A stretch of DNA of 47,664 nt from Candidatus Omnitrophota bacterium (GTDB lineage Bacteria; Omnitrophota; Gorgyraeia; Zapsychrales; Fredricksoniimonadaceae), in NCBI GenBank assembly GCA_015234065.1, contig JADFWS010000001.1:1-47664 (forward strand), in the 5' to 3' direction. The translations under genes were made by a program, and so were the position numbers. The first letter of the stretch is position 1. The number at the start of each line of letters is the position of its first letter. Shown here piece by piece: positions 9,045-18,856 of the stretch. Below the pieces are notes generated by a model, which saw nothing but the letters and a program-made list of their open reading frames with translations, did no database searches and was not told where the DNA came from.

Positions 9045-10385
9045 ATGCAGGCCATCAGAATTAAAAAAGGTCGCACTATTCCGCTGAAGGGCGGGGCTCG
9101 TTTGGAGCTTAAGGTTTTATCTCGTCCATCCGAAATTTTGTTTCCATTCTTTGAATTTCCGCCGCATCAGTTTCGTCTTGTCATTAAAGAAGGCGATCGT
9201 ATTCAGACAGGCGCTCCTATCGCGGAAGATCGCGACGGGAAGGGCATTGTTTTGGTGTCCCCGGTGACGGGTGTTATTAAAAGTTTGAATCGCGGGCCCA
9301 AGCGCGCGTTGTTATCAGTGACCATTCAGGTTGACGGCGATCAAAGCGCGGTTGCTCATGGCGCCGTATCAGGGGACTCTCTTTCCCGCGAAGCAGTGAT
9401 CGACCGGTTGCTCAAGGGCGGTGTTTGGCCTTTTCTGCGTCAGCGTCCGTTCATGAAGATCGCGGATCCTAAAGCCGCCCCCAAGTCTGTTTTTATCCAT
9501 GCCATGCAGTCAGACCCTTTGGCCCCGGATATCGGGTTCATTCTCGAAGGGAAAGAAAAGGATTTCCAGGCCGGGCTTGATATTTTGAGGCGCCTTACCA
9601 CAGGGAAAACGTATCTTTGTTTTGACGCGGCAACATTATCCAAGGCGCTTTTAGGCGCGAAGAATGTGGAATGCGCGGGGTTTTCCGGGCCGCATCCGGC
9701 GGGTAATGTGGGCACACATATTCATGCATTGGATCCTATTGGAAAAAATGAAGTGGTGTGGTTTATCGAAGCGCAGGATGTCCTGCGGGTGGCGCGCCTT
9801 TTCACCGATGGGGTTTTTGACCCTAAAAAGGTTATTGCGGTGACAGGCGAGGCGGCACAAGGCCGTGCGTATGTTCAAACGGTCTTGGGCGCGCCGGTCG
9901 CGCATCTTCTTGGCGAAGCTCAAAAAAATGACGCCCGTTATATTTCTGGCAGTGTCTTAAGCGGGACAGAGGTGGGTTACGCAGGCACTATCGGCTGGTA
10001 TCATGCGCAGTTGACCGTGATCCCGGCGGGTGGCGCGAGAAAACTTTTTGGCTGGATCGACCCGGGGTTTAATGCGTTTTCGTTTACCCGCACGGTGGCA
10101 AGTTCATTTCTTCCGAAGAAAGAAGTTTCTTTGGATACGGACATGAATGGCGGGCATCGCGCGATCGTTTTGAGCGATATTTACGACGACTTGAATGCGA
10201 TTGATATCATGCCTGTGTTTTTGATTCGGGCGATCTATGCGAATGAAGTGGAAGAGATGATCCGCCTCGGGATCTTTGAATGCGCGGCCGAAGATTTTAC
10301 ACTCTGCAATTTTGCCTGCCCGTCCAAGGTTGACGTGAGCGGGATCATTCAGCGTGGGCTTGACCTCATGGAGAAAGAGGCATGA
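9045..10385 (+). CDS. nqrA: Na+-translocating NADH:quinone oxidoreductase subunit A
   Basis: 446 aa, first gene of a six-gene nqr-ordered operon. The N-terminus (IRIKKGRTIPLKGGA) is NqrA-like. Confidence 0.9.
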   Translation: MQAIRIKKGRTIPLKGGARLELKVLSRPSEILFPFFEFPPHQFRLVIKEGDRIQTGAPIAEDRDGKGIVLVSPVTGVIKSLNRGPKRALLSVTIQVDGDQSAVAHGAVSGDSLSREAVIDRLLKGGVWPFLRQRPFMKIADPKAAPKSVFIHAMQSDPLAPDIGFILEGKEKDFQAGLDILRRLTTGKTYLCFDAATLSKALLGAKNVECAGFSGPHPAGNVGTHIHALDPIGKNEVVWFIEAQDVLRVARLFTDGVFDPKKVIAVTGEAAQGRAYVQTVLGAPVAHLLGEAQKNDARYISGSVLSGTEVGYAGTIGWYHAQLTVIPAGGARKLFGWIDPGFNAFSFTRTVASSFLPKKEVSLDTDMNGGHRAIVLSDIYDDLNAIDIMPVFLIRAIYANEVEEMIRLGIFECAAEDFTLCNFACPSKVDVSGIIQRGLDLMEKEA

Positions 10386-11545
10386 TGAACGCATTACGCA
10401 CATTCTCGGATAATTTAGGCCGGCATTTTCAAAAGGGTAAGCCTCTGGAAAAGCTGTATCCTTTATATGAAGCGACCGACAGCTTTTTGTTCACGCCCGG
10501 AACGCGGGCAACAAAGGCCCCGTTTATTCACGACAAGGCGGATCTGAAGCGTGTCATGGTGCTGGTGGTGCTGGCCGTGATCCCGGCGGCATTCTTCGGG
10601 ATCTTTAATGCCGGGTATCAGGCAGAGCTGGCGCTTGGCGTTGCGCCGCAATGGACCGATGCGCTGCTGCGCGGCCTCATGGCGATCCTGCCGATCATTT
10701 TGGTCAGTTATACGGTCGGCGGTTTTTGGGAAGTTCTTTTTGCCTGTACTCGCAAGCATGAGATCAATGAAGGTTTTTTTGTGACAGGGATCCTTTTTGC
10801 GCTGACCTTGCCGCCGCATATTCCGCTGTGGCAGGTGGCGATCGGCATATCGTTCGGTGTCGTGGTGGGCAAAGAAATATTTGGCGGCACGGGGATGAAT
10901 ATTGTGAATCCGGCGCTTGCCGCACGCGCGTTTCTGTTTTTTGCATATCCGGGCCAGATGTCCGGGGATAAGGCCTGGCTGGCTGTTGATGGCGTTTCCA
11001 AAGCAACACCGCTGGCCGTGCTTGCGGCAGCTCCGGCCGGAACTCCGGCGACGACGGCACTGACGCAGGCAGGGTATACGTGGCATCAGCTTTTCATTGG
11101 ATTTATTCCGGGTTCGATCGGGGAAACCTCGAAGCTGGCATGTTTGTTGGGTTTGGCGCTTTTATTGATCACCGGGGTCGCGAGCTGGAGGATCATTGCG
11201 GGTTGCGTGGTCGGGCTGTTGACAACAAGCTGGCTGGTTGTTCTTTTGCATGGGCCGCACAGTGCTATTCAAGCCACCTTGCCGCCGCACTGGCATCTGG
11301 TGCTTGGCGGTTTTGCGTTCGGCGCGATCTTTATGGCGACGGACCCGGTGTCGGCCTCGGCCACACAGATTGGCCGCTGGATCTACGGGATCCTGATCGG
11401 CGTGTTTGTGGTCCTGATCCGCGTGTTCAATCCGGCATATCCTGAAGCGGTCATGCTTTCGATTTTGGTGATGAACATTTTTGCGCCGCTCATCGATCAT
11501 ATTATTGTGGAGCAGCATATCCGAAGGAGGGCGTCCCGTGGTTAA
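10382..11545 (+). CDS. nqrB: Na+-NQR subunit B
   Basis: Polytopic membrane protein with GGFWEVLFA, GKEIFGGTGMNIVNPALAARAFLFFAYP and a candidate flavinylation site, VSKATPL. Confidence 0.93.
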   Translation: MMNALRTFSDNLGRHFQKGKPLEKLYPLYEATDSFLFTPGTRATKAPFIHDKADLKRVMVLVVLAVIPAAFFGIFNAGYQAELALGVAPQWTDALLRGLMAILPIILVSYTVGGFWEVLFACTRKHEINEGFFVTGILFALTLPPHIPLWQVAIGISFGVVVGKEIFGGTGMNIVNPALAARAFLFFAYPGQMSGDKAWLAVDGVSKATPLAVLAAAPAGTPATTALTQAGYTWHQLFIGFIPGSIGETSKLACLLGLALLLITGVASWRIIAGCVVGLLTTSWLVVLLHGPHSAIQATLPPHWHLVLGGFAFGAIFMATDPVSASATQIGRWIYGILIGVFVVLIRVFNPAYPEAVMLSILVMNIFAPLIDHIIVEQHIRRRASRG

Positions 11546-12251
11546 TAAAGAGAGCCGGCTTTATCCGTTTATTTTTGCGTTTATTATTTGTTCGATCGCA
11601 AGCTTTATGCTGGCGTCTTTGTCGCTCAAGCTTAAGGCCCGTCAGGAAATGAATGTGACTCTGGACGTGAAGCGGCATATTTTCGATGTGTTGAAATTGA
11701 CGCCGCCTTTGCCGAAAGACGTTCTTCCAGAATTGGCGCTTAAGATCTTTAATGAGAAGATCGAACAGGTCGTGCTGGATGCGTCCGGCAATATTGTGCC
11801 GGGTAAAAAGCACGAGGATATCAAAGAGGGCGAGGCGTTGTATCCGCTCTTTATTTATCGTGAAGGCGGTAAGGTGCAGGGGTATTGTTTTCCGATCAAG
11901 GGCAAGGGCTTGTGGTCCATGCTGTATGGATATCTGGCCATCCAGCCCGACGGAAAGACGGTGCGCGGGATTTCATTCTACAAGCAGGGAGAAACACCTG
12001 GGCTTGGCAGTGAAGTGGAATCGCTCGGGTTTCAGCAGAATTTTGAAGGCAAGAAGATATGGGATGATGCGCTATCCCAGGTTGAGCCGGTGGTGGTTGC
12101 TAAAGGCAAAGTATCTGATCGTATCCCTAAAGAAAAGTGGCCGTATTATGTGGACGGGATCAGCGGCGCAACAATGACAGGCAAGGGTGTGACCGCGCTC
12201 CTCGACCATTGGATCAGGGTGTATGAACCTTTTTTTCAGAAACAGCATTAA
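11538..12251 (+). CDS. nqrC: Na+-NQR subunit C
   Basis: FMN attachment motif DGISGATMTGKGV. I place the start at the GTG at 11538, preceded by aaggaggg. The ORF-track start at 11481 would overlap nqrB by 65 nt. Confidence 0.88.
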   Translation: MVNKESRLYPFIFAFIICSIASFMLASLSLKLKARQEMNVTLDVKRHIFDVLKLTPPLPKDVLPELALKIFNEKIEQVVLDASGNIVPGKKHEDIKEGEALYPLFIYREGGKVQGYCFPIKGKGLWSMLYGYLAIQPDGKTVRGISFYKQGETPGLGSEVESLGFQQNFEGKKIWDDALSQVEPVVVAKGKVSDRIPKEKWPYYVDGISGATMTGKGVTALLDHWIRVYEPFFQKQH

Positions 12252-12269
12252 GCATAACGAGGTTTGACC

Positions 12270-12899
12270 ATGTCCCTCTTCGGTAAAAAAGAACGACTGA
12301 TCGTGATCGACGGGTTGTGGAATAAAAACCCGATCTCTTTTCTGGTGATGGGGATCTGTTCGGCGCTGGCCGTGACTGTTAAAATGCAGACGGCGCTGAT
12401 CATGGCGCTGGGTACGACATTCGTACTGTCCTTTGGCTGCATGGCTGTTGCGCTGATTCGCAATTATATTCCGTCCAATATCCGGATCATTGTTCAGATC
12501 CTGGTCGTGTCGGTTCTCGTTATTATGGTGGATCAGGTATTGCGGGCGTTCTTTTTTGATTTGAGCAAGCAGATCAGTGTGTTTATCGGGTTGATCATTA
12601 CGAATACCCTGGTGCTGGGGCGTACCGAAGGGTATGCCATGAACAATCCGCCGTGGCCGTCGTTCCTCGACGGGCTTGGGAACGCGTTAGGCTACAGTTC
12701 GTTTTTGCTCATGATTTCGGCATTGCGCGAGATATTTGGTAGCGGAACATTTTTCGGGTTCCCGGTCGTGCCACACTTTTTCTATCAGGCTGGTTATATT
12801 AACAATAGCATCATGGTTTTGGCGCCCGGAGCGTTTTTTCTTCTGGGGGCGCTTGTCTGTATTCACCGTATGATTACAGGGCATCGCGAAGAGCATTAA
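12270..12899 (+). CDS. nqrD: Na+-NQR subunit D
   Basis: RnfE/NqrD-type six-TM protein (NPISFLVMGICSALAVT). ATG at 12270 follows acgagg. The TTG at 12264 is an alternative start. Confidence 0.9.
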   Translation: MSLFGKKERLIVIDGLWNKNPISFLVMGICSALAVTVKMQTALIMALGTTFVLSFGCMAVALIRNYIPSNIRIIVQILVVSVLVIMVDQVLRAFFFDLSKQISVFIGLIITNTLVLGRTEGYAMNNPPWPSFLDGLGNALGYSSFLLMISALREIFGSGTFFGFPVVPHFFYQAGYINNSIMVLAPGAFFLLGALVCIHRMITGHREEH

Positions 12900-12912
12900 G
12901 ACGGGAGTTTGT

Positions 12913-13521
12913 ATGAATCATTATATAACGCTGGCCATTAAAACGATCTTTACGGATAACATGATCCTGGCGTATTTTCTCGGGATGTGTTCGTTTTTGG
13001 CCTGTTCCAAACAGATCAAGACCGCAACCGGTCTGGCTATGGCGACGACGTTCATTTCAACCATGACGGTTCCGATGAATTGGCTGCTTAAGGCGTATGT
13101 TCTTAAAAAGGGCGCCCTGGCGTGGGCCGGGCTTCCGGGGCTTGACTTAAGTTATTTGAGTTTTATTCTTTTTATCGCGACGATCGCGGCGTTGAATCAA
13201 ATTACGGAAATGATCGTAGATCGTTTTGCGCCCGCTTTATATGCAACGGTCGGTATTTTTCTTCCGCTTATTACAGCGAATTGCGCGGTTTTGGGTGCAA
13301 CGTTCTTTATGGATCAGCGTGATTATACCTTCGGAGAATCGCTCGTGTTCGGTTTTAGTTCCGGAGCCGGATGGGGGCTTGCGATCATTACGCTGGCCGC
13401 GTTACGCAAAAAGCTCTGGTATTCAAATCCGCCGGCGCCGCTTAAGGGGCTTGGGATTACCATGATGACAACCGGATTCATGGCCATGGCGTTCATGGCA
13501 TTCGCAGGGATCGCTTTCTAA
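12913..13521 (+). CDS. nqrE: Na+-NQR subunit E
   Basis: RnfA/NqrE-type protein (NMILAYFLGMCSFLA, PLITANCAVLG). Position in the operon. Confidence 0.9.
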   Translation: MNHYITLAIKTIFTDNMILAYFLGMCSFLACSKQIKTATGLAMATTFISTMTVPMNWLLKAYVLKKGALAWAGLPGLDLSYLSFILFIATIAALNQITEMIVDRFAPALYATVGIFLPLITANCAVLGATFFMDQRDYTFGESLVFGFSSGAGWGLAIITLAALRKKLWYSNPPAPLKGLGITMMTTGFMAMAFMAFAGIAF

Positions 13522-13537
13522 CAAAGGAACTTGTTCA

Positions 13538-14770
13538 ATGGTTTTAGGATCATTCATTCTTTTTAGCGTTGTGTTTTTTACGCTCACTGTACTTCTTTTG
13601 GTCGGGATATTGTCACTGGCGGAATTCTTCCTCGTGAAGAAGGGGAAATGCTCGCTCAAGATCAACGGCCAGTGCATGACGTTTCAGATCAATACGGGCA
13701 AGAATTTGCTGACAGTGCTTTCTGAAAACAAGATTTTCCTGCCTTCGGCATGTGGCGGACGCGGCGAGTGCGGGGTGTGCACGTGCAAGGTCCTGCAGGG
13801 TGGCGGCGAGATCCTTCCGACCGAAACAGCTCAGATCCCGTGGCGCTTGCAGAAAGAGCATGTTCGTTTAGCGTGTCAGGTCAAGGTCCGTGAAGATCTG
13901 GATATTGAGATCCCTGCCGAAGCGTTCAATGTGAAGAAATTCGAGTGTGAGGTTATCTCGAATCAGAATGTGGCGACATTTATTAAAGAATTGGTATTGC
14001 GCCTGCCTGAGGGGCAGCCATTCGATTTTCACGCCGGCGGGTATATTCAGATCGATATTCCGCCGTATAAGAAGAACTTCCGGGATTTCTTGATCCAGGA
14101 CGTGTTTCGTTTTGACTGGGATAAATTCAAGCTGTGGGACCTGAAAGCCGAGAATGATGAGCCGATCTTCAGGGCGTACTCCATGGCCAATTATCCCGGT
14201 GAAAAGGGAGTGGTTAAATTGAATGTGCGTATTGCGACCCCGCCGCCCAAAGACATGTCGCTTCCTCCGGGCAAGGCGTCGTCGTATATCTTTTCGCTCA
14301 AGCCCGGTGACAAGGTCATGGTGAGCGGGCCGTATGGCGAGTTTTTCATCCGGGAAACGAACCGTGAAATGCTGTATATCGGGGGAGGCGCCGGCATGGC
14401 GCCGTTGCGCAGTCATTTGTTTGAATTATTCAAGAACCGCCGCACAACGCGCAAGGTGAGCTTCTGGTATGGCGCCCGTTCACGCCGGGAAATGTTCTAT
14501 GATGAAGATTTCAAGGCGTTGGCCGCGGAGTTCCCGAATTTCAGTTATCATGTGGCGCTCTCGGCGCCGTTGCCCGAAGATAAATGGGAAGGGCCGACAG
14601 GCTTTATCCATCAGATCGTTCTGGAACGTTATCTAAAAAATCATCCTGACCCTGAGGGTTGTGAATATTACCTCTGCGGCCCGGGCCCCATGATCGATGC
14701 GGTCAAGAAAATGCTTGATGCGCTCGGTGTCCCGCCTGAAATGATCGCATACGATAACTTCGGAGAGTAG
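13538..14770 (+). CDS. nqrF: Na+-NQR subunit F (2Fe-2S ferredoxin plus FAD/NADH-binding domains)
   Basis: N-terminal TM helix, 2Fe-2S motif CGGRGECGVCTC, FAD motif RAYSMAN, NAD domain GGGAGMAPLRS. Confidence 0.95.
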   Translation: MVLGSFILFSVVFFTLTVLLLVGILSLAEFFLVKKGKCSLKINGQCMTFQINTGKNLLTVLSENKIFLPSACGGRGECGVCTCKVLQGGGEILPTETAQIPWRLQKEHVRLACQVKVREDLDIEIPAEAFNVKKFECEVISNQNVATFIKELVLRLPEGQPFDFHAGGYIQIDIPPYKKNFRDFLIQDVFRFDWDKFKLWDLKAENDEPIFRAYSMANYPGEKGVVKLNVRIATPPPKDMSLPPGKASSYIFSLKPGDKVMVSGPYGEFFIRETNREMLYIGGGAGMAPLRSHLFELFKNRRTTRKVSFWYGARSRREMFYDEDFKALAAEFPNFSYHVALSAPLPEDKWEGPTGFIHQIVLERYLKNHPDPEGCEYYLCGPGPMIDAVKKMLDALGVPPEMIAYDNFGE

Positions 14771-14787
14771 AAAAGCTGCAAGGCTTT

Positions 14788-14955
14788 TTAATACAGGATC
14801 TTGTTTTCACAAGGAGGAGTTTTGCTGTCGCAGGAGCAGCCTTTTTCAGGCTTCATGCCGCAGCGGTGCTGAAACGGCTTTTTGGTCAGAAAATATCCGA
14901 TCCCAAGGCCGAGGATGCACAGCAGTAAAATGATGAGCGTTGCTACATAGATCAT
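14788..14955 (-). CDS. nqrM: Small single-TM, Cys-rich protein, NqrM-like (Na+-NQR maturation factor, DUF539-like)
   Basis: Hand translation of the minus strand gives MIYVATLIILLLCILGLGIGYFLTKKPFQHRCGMKPEKGCSCDSKTPPCENKILY (55 aa, ATG to TAA). It has one TM helix followed by four Cys. It is below the 60-aa ORF-track cutoff and lies between nqrF and nuoA, convergent with nqrF. Confidence 0.6.
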   Translation of the reverse strand: MIYVATLIILLLCILGLGIGYFLTKKPFQHRCGMKPEKGCSCDSKTPPCENKILY

Positions 14956-15010
14956 AGTTTTATTATAGTACGATTGTGTCAGGCGCCTACAAAAATTGTG
15001 AAAGGTCAGG

Positions 15011-15367
15011 ATGCTTCCGGATTATATTCACATTACATTCTTTTGGCTCTTGGGCGTCATTTTTGTGGGCGCTGCGTTTGCGGTCTCATGGTTCATACGG
15101 CCTAAGGCCCCGTCTGCTGTCAAATGTGCGCCCTATGAATGCGGCGAGATCGTTCAGGGGGATTCCCGCGTACAATTCAATATCCGCTTTTATCTCTTCG
15201 CGTTGATCTTCGTTATCTTTGATGTCGAAATATTATTTACCATTCCCTGGGCTGTTGATTTTCAACAAATGGGGATGACGGCGTATTTGGAAATGGTTGT
15301 GTTCATGCTTATTCTTGCCGTCGGATTGGCCTATGCCTGGAAGAAGGGGGCGCTCGAATGGCAATAA
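15011..15367 (+). CDS. nuoA: NADH-quinone oxidoreductase (complex I-like) subunit A
   Basis: 118 aa, three TM helices, YECGE motif. First gene of the nuo-ordered operon. Confidence 0.9.
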   Translation: MLPDYIHITFFWLLGVIFVGAAFAVSWFIRPKAPSAVKCAPYECGEIVQGDSRVQFNIRFYLFALIFVIFDVEILFTIPWAVDFQQMGMTAYLEMVVFMLILAVGLAYAWKKGALEWQ

Positions 15368-15876
15368 ACGAATCGATCCCGGGAGCTGCGTATATTGAAA
15401 AGATGCCCGGGGGCCAGCTTATTTTGGGTAAGAGTGAAGAGCTTTTTGCCTGGGCCAAGAGTTCATCGTTATGGCCGCTGACCTTTGGCCTGGCGTGTTG
15501 TGCGATCGAAATGATGGCGGCTGGTTCGTCGGATTATGATATTGACCGATTTGGATCTGGTGTATTCCGTGCCAGCCCGCGTCAATGCGATGTCATGATC
15601 CTTTCAGGCACAATATGTATCAAAATGGGCGACAGTATTAAAAGGCTATATGCGCAAATGCCGGAACCCAAGTACGTTATTGCCATGGGCAATTGTGCGA
15701 TCAGCGGCGGTATTTTTTATCATGACACATATTCCGTGGTCAAGGGCGCGGATGCGCTCGGGATCCCCGTTGATGTGTATGTTGCCGGATGCCCGCCCCG
15801 GCCGGAGAACCTGCTGCATGGCCTCATGAAGCTCCAGGATAAGATCAATACTAAAAAAGACAAGGCCGCGGTCTAA
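15358..15876 (+). CDS. nuoB: Complex I subunit B (N2 cluster subunit)
   Basis: [15 protein letters not shown] and GCPPRPE motifs. Confidence 0.95.
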   Translation: MAINESIPGAAYIEKMPGGQLILGKSEELFAWAKSSSLWPLTFGLACCAIEMMAAGSSDYDIDRFGSGVFRASPRQCDVMILSGTICIKMGDSIKRLYAQMPEPKYVIAMGNCAISGGIFYHDTYSVVKGADALGIPVDVYVAGCPPRPENLLHGLMKLQDKINTKKDKAAV

Positions 15877-16329
15877 ATGGATCTTTTAACGGTTGTCCAG
15901 GCGGTTCAAACAATGTTTCCCGACGCGGCGGCAGAGGCTGTGGCCGGGGCATTGGTCATTCGCAAAGAGGCGGCTTTTGCGGTGTTGGATCAGCTGAAGA
16001 ACGGGCCCTCGCGTTTTATCAGTTTGCAGTGTTTGACCGCGGTTGACCGTAAAGAGGCGCTCGACGTGGTTTATCATCTGTATAGTTTTGATGTGCGCTT
16101 TTTGTTGACCGTGAAGGTTGTGCTTTCATCCGAAGAGCCGTCCATTGATTCGGTGGCTTCTTTATGGGACGCGGCGAACTGGTTTGAGCGGGAAGTCTAT
16201 GACCTGTTCGGGATCAAATTCCTGGGGCATCCGGACCTGCGCCGGATCCTGAATCCCGATGATTGGGCCGGACATCCTTTGCGCAAAAGTTTTGCTTCTT
16301 CGGACATTATTCAAAAGCCGTTAAAGTGA
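15877..16329 (+). CDS. nuoC: Complex I subunit C (30 kDa family, short form)
   Basis: [26 protein letters not shown] signature. Confidence 0.9.
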   Translation: MDLLTVVQAVQTMFPDAAAEAVAGALVIRKEAAFAVLDQLKNGPSRFISLQCLTAVDRKEALDVVYHLYSFDVRFLLTVKVVLSSEEPSIDSVASLWDAANWFEREVYDLFGIKFLGHPDLRRILNPDDWAGHPLRKSFASSDIIQKPLK

Positions 16330-16333
16330 CGTT

Positions 16334-17428
16334 ATGATCAAAGACGAACTTGTTATTAACATGGGCCCACAGCATCCGTCGACGCACGGGGTCCTTTTCC
16401 TTGAGCTTCGGCTGAACGGCGAGATCGTCAATGATTGCCGGCCGCATATCGGTTACCTGCACCGTTCGATCGAAAAGGTCGCGGAGAGCCGCACCCTGAC
16501 GCAATTTATTCCTTTTACGGATCGCCTGGATTATCTGGCATCCATGAATAATAACCTCGGTTTTTGCCTCGCGGCTGAAAGATTGTTGCAGATTGAAGCG
16601 GTTAGGCGCGCGCAATATTTACGGGTGATCGTTGCAGAATTGAACCGTATTGCAAGTCATTTGCTGGCGATCTCAACGTTTGCCCAGGACCTGGGGGCGT
16701 ACGCGACCGCGCTTTTCTATGCCATGCGCGACCGCCAGAAGATCGTGCAGATCTTTGATGAACTCTGCGGACAGCGTTTGACCTATAATTACGTGCGCAT
16801 CGGAGGTGTTTCCGGCGATATGACACCAAAGATTGCTCAGATGATCCGTGACTTTATTGCCTCAGAGCGGGAAATCCTCAAGGATTACGACGACCTTTTA
16901 ACGCACAATATTATTTTTAAGGCGCGTTCAAAGAATATTGGGGTCCTCGCGCAGGATATTGCGTTGAGTTATGGCGTGACCGGCCCGAATTTGCGCGCCA
17001 CAGGATTCAACTGGGATGTGCGCAAGGATGAGCCGTATCTGGTGTATGACAAACTTGATTTTAAGGTGTCGCTTGGGACGGTCGGAGACGCCTGGGATCG
17101 TTATTTTGTTCGCGTTCAGGAGATGCGTGAGAGCCTGAAGATCGTCGAGCAGGCCTTGGCTGCGTTGCCTGAGGGCGATCCTGTGGTCAAAGTGAACAAG
17201 CCTTTCCGTCCGAACGGGGAAGTGTATATGAGAACTGAAAGCCCGCGCGGGGACCTTGGTTTTTATATTGTGGGTAATGGGGAGGCTTTTCCGTACCGGC
17301 TAAAGATCCGTGCGCCGTCATTTTCCAACATTTCGGTCCTTCCCGTCATGGCCAAAGGGCTGAATGTGTCGGATGCGGTGTGTGTCCTTGGCAGTTTGGA
17401 TATCGTCATGGGAGAGATCGACCGATGA
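16334..17428 (+). CDS. nuoD: Complex I subunit D (49 kDa family)
   Basis: NMGPQHPSTHGVL, RIGGV and a C-terminal DIVMGEIDR ending. Confidence 0.95.
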   Translation: MIKDELVINMGPQHPSTHGVLFLELRLNGEIVNDCRPHIGYLHRSIEKVAESRTLTQFIPFTDRLDYLASMNNNLGFCLAAERLLQIEAVRRAQYLRVIVAELNRIASHLLAISTFAQDLGAYATALFYAMRDRQKIVQIFDELCGQRLTYNYVRIGGVSGDMTPKIAQMIRDFIASEREILKDYDDLLTHNIIFKARSKNIGVLAQDIALSYGVTGPNLRATGFNWDVRKDEPYLVYDKLDFKVSLGTVGDAWDRYFVRVQEMRESLKIVEQALAALPEGDPVVKVNKPFRPNGEVYMRTESPRGDLGFYIVGNGEAFPYRLKIRAPSFSNISVLPVMAKGLNVSDAVCVLGSLDIVMGEIDR

Positions 17429-18396
17429 ATTTCCCTGTGCAGGAATTGCTCAAATTAGCGGCAAAAGGCGGGTTTGTTCTTGGCTTTGTCGCGGTCTCAG
17501 CCATGTTTCTTATCTGGCTTGAGCGTAAAGTATCAGCCTGGATCCAGAACCGCAAAGGGCCGATGATGACAGGCCCTCAAGGCGCATTTCAGTCCGTGGC
17601 AGATACGGTGAAGCTGTTACTGAAGGAGAACATTGTCCCTTCCGGCGCCGACTTTTTTATCTGGTGGCTGGCGCCGTTCTTTGTGGCCATCCCGGCGGTC
17701 ATGGCATTCGTGTGCATGCCTTTCGGGCCGCATCATATTGTGTATGATCTGAATGTTGGTATTTTGTATATCTGTTCGATCACGTCGGTGAGCGTGCTCG
17801 GAATCTTTATGGCCGGGTGGGGATCGAACAATAAATATTCGTTATTGGGCGGCATGCGATCGGCGGCGCAGATCATCAGTTACGAGGTCCCGCTGCTCTT
17901 ATCTGTTCTTGTGGTGGTCATGGAAGCGGGGACTGTATCCATGCAGGGGATCGTGCATGCCCAGGAACCCGGCTGGTTTATTTTGAAGCCGAATGTCATG
18001 GTGGCGTTTCTGATCTATCTTATTTCTGCGACAGCGGAGGTGAACCGGGTGCCGTTTGATATTCCGGAGGCAGAATCCGAGCTTGTGGCTGGTTATCATA
18101 CGGAATATTCCGGTATGAAGTTTGCCATGTTCTTTGTGGCCGAATATACGAACTTCTTTATTATTTCAGCCACGACCGCGACATTATTTTTCGGTGGATG
18201 GCTTGGGCCATGGGCGCCGTCGCCGGTATGGTTTTTGCTTAAGGCGTACGGGATCGTTTTCTTTCTCATGTGGGTTCGTTGGACATTGCCGCGCTTGCGT
18301 ATGGATCAGATGATGACGTTCGCATGGAAAGTGTTAACGCCTTTGGCGCTGGTGAATGTCCTTGTAACCGGATGGTTTTTGGTGAGAAAAGGATAG
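17425..18396 (+). CDS. nuoH: Complex I subunit H
   Basis: ATG at 17425 overlaps the nuoD stop (ATGA). LERKVSAWIQNRKGP and PFDIPEAESELVAGYHTEYSG motifs. The ORF-track start at 17380 is rejected. Confidence 0.93.
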   Translation: MNFPVQELLKLAAKGGFVLGFVAVSAMFLIWLERKVSAWIQNRKGPMMTGPQGAFQSVADTVKLLLKENIVPSGADFFIWWLAPFFVAIPAVMAFVCMPFGPHHIVYDLNVGILYICSITSVSVLGIFMAGWGSNNKYSLLGGMRSAAQIISYEVPLLLSVLVVVMEAGTVSMQGIVHAQEPGWFILKPNVMVAFLIYLISATAEVNRVPFDIPEAESELVAGYHTEYSGMKFAMFFVAEYTNFFIISATTATLFFGGWLGPWAPSPVWFLLKAYGIVFFLMWVRWTLPRLRMDQMMTFAWKVLTPLALVNVLVTGWFLVRKG

Positions 18397-18397
18397 T

Positions 18398-18856
18398 ATG
18401 CGCAATATGTTCGTCGAAATCATAGATGGAACGGCCAGTATTTTTAAAGGGCTTGCGGTCACGGGCAAAAACATGTTCCGGCGCCCGGTCACGATCGAAT
18501 ATCCTTTTAAAAAAGCGGCTATGACCGAAAGGTTTCGCGGGTTGGTCGACCTTGATCCCAAAAAATGCATTGGCTGTTTCCAATGTGTCAAGATATGCCC
18601 GACTGCAGCGTTAAGTCTTACGACCACCATGGACCCGACGACAAAGAGTCGGACACCGAAAACATTTTGTTTTAATGGCGAGATCTGCTGCTTTTGTGGT
18701 TTTTGTGCTGAAGTATGCCCGGTGGGGGCGATCGGCATGAACAAGCGTTACGAGGTGGCGTATTTCAAGCGCGATGCTTTTTCCGCGATCGACTTGATGC
18801 GCCCTGAAAAGTATGATCATTTTGGGAAGACGGGTGTTGAAAAGGGGCATTCATGA
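18398..18856 (+). CDS. nuoI: Complex I subunit I (2x[4Fe-4S] ferredoxin)
   Basis: CIGCFQCVKICP and CCFCGFCAEVCP. Confidence 0.93.
   Translation: MRNMFVEIIDGTASIFKGLAVTGKNMFRRPVTIEYPFKKAAMTERFRGLVDLDPKKCIGCFQCVKICPTAALSLTTTMDPTTKSRTPKTFCFNGEICCFCGFCAEVCPVGAIGMNKRYEVAYFKRDAFSAIDLMRPEKYDHFGKTGVEKGHS

Noticed and set aside
10463-11086. 207-aa minus-strand ORF, plus overlapping plus- and minus-strand ORFs inside nqrB
   Set aside because: nqrB is strongly supported in its own frame. The alternatives are Arg/Gln/Pro-rich shadow ORFs.
11481-11537. Upstream extension of nqrC given by the ORF track (start at 11481)
   Set aside because: It would overlap nqrB by 65 nt and adds a non-NqrC-like peptide. 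The GTG at 11538 has a strong aaggaggg ribosome-binding site and yields a normal N-terminal TM anchor.
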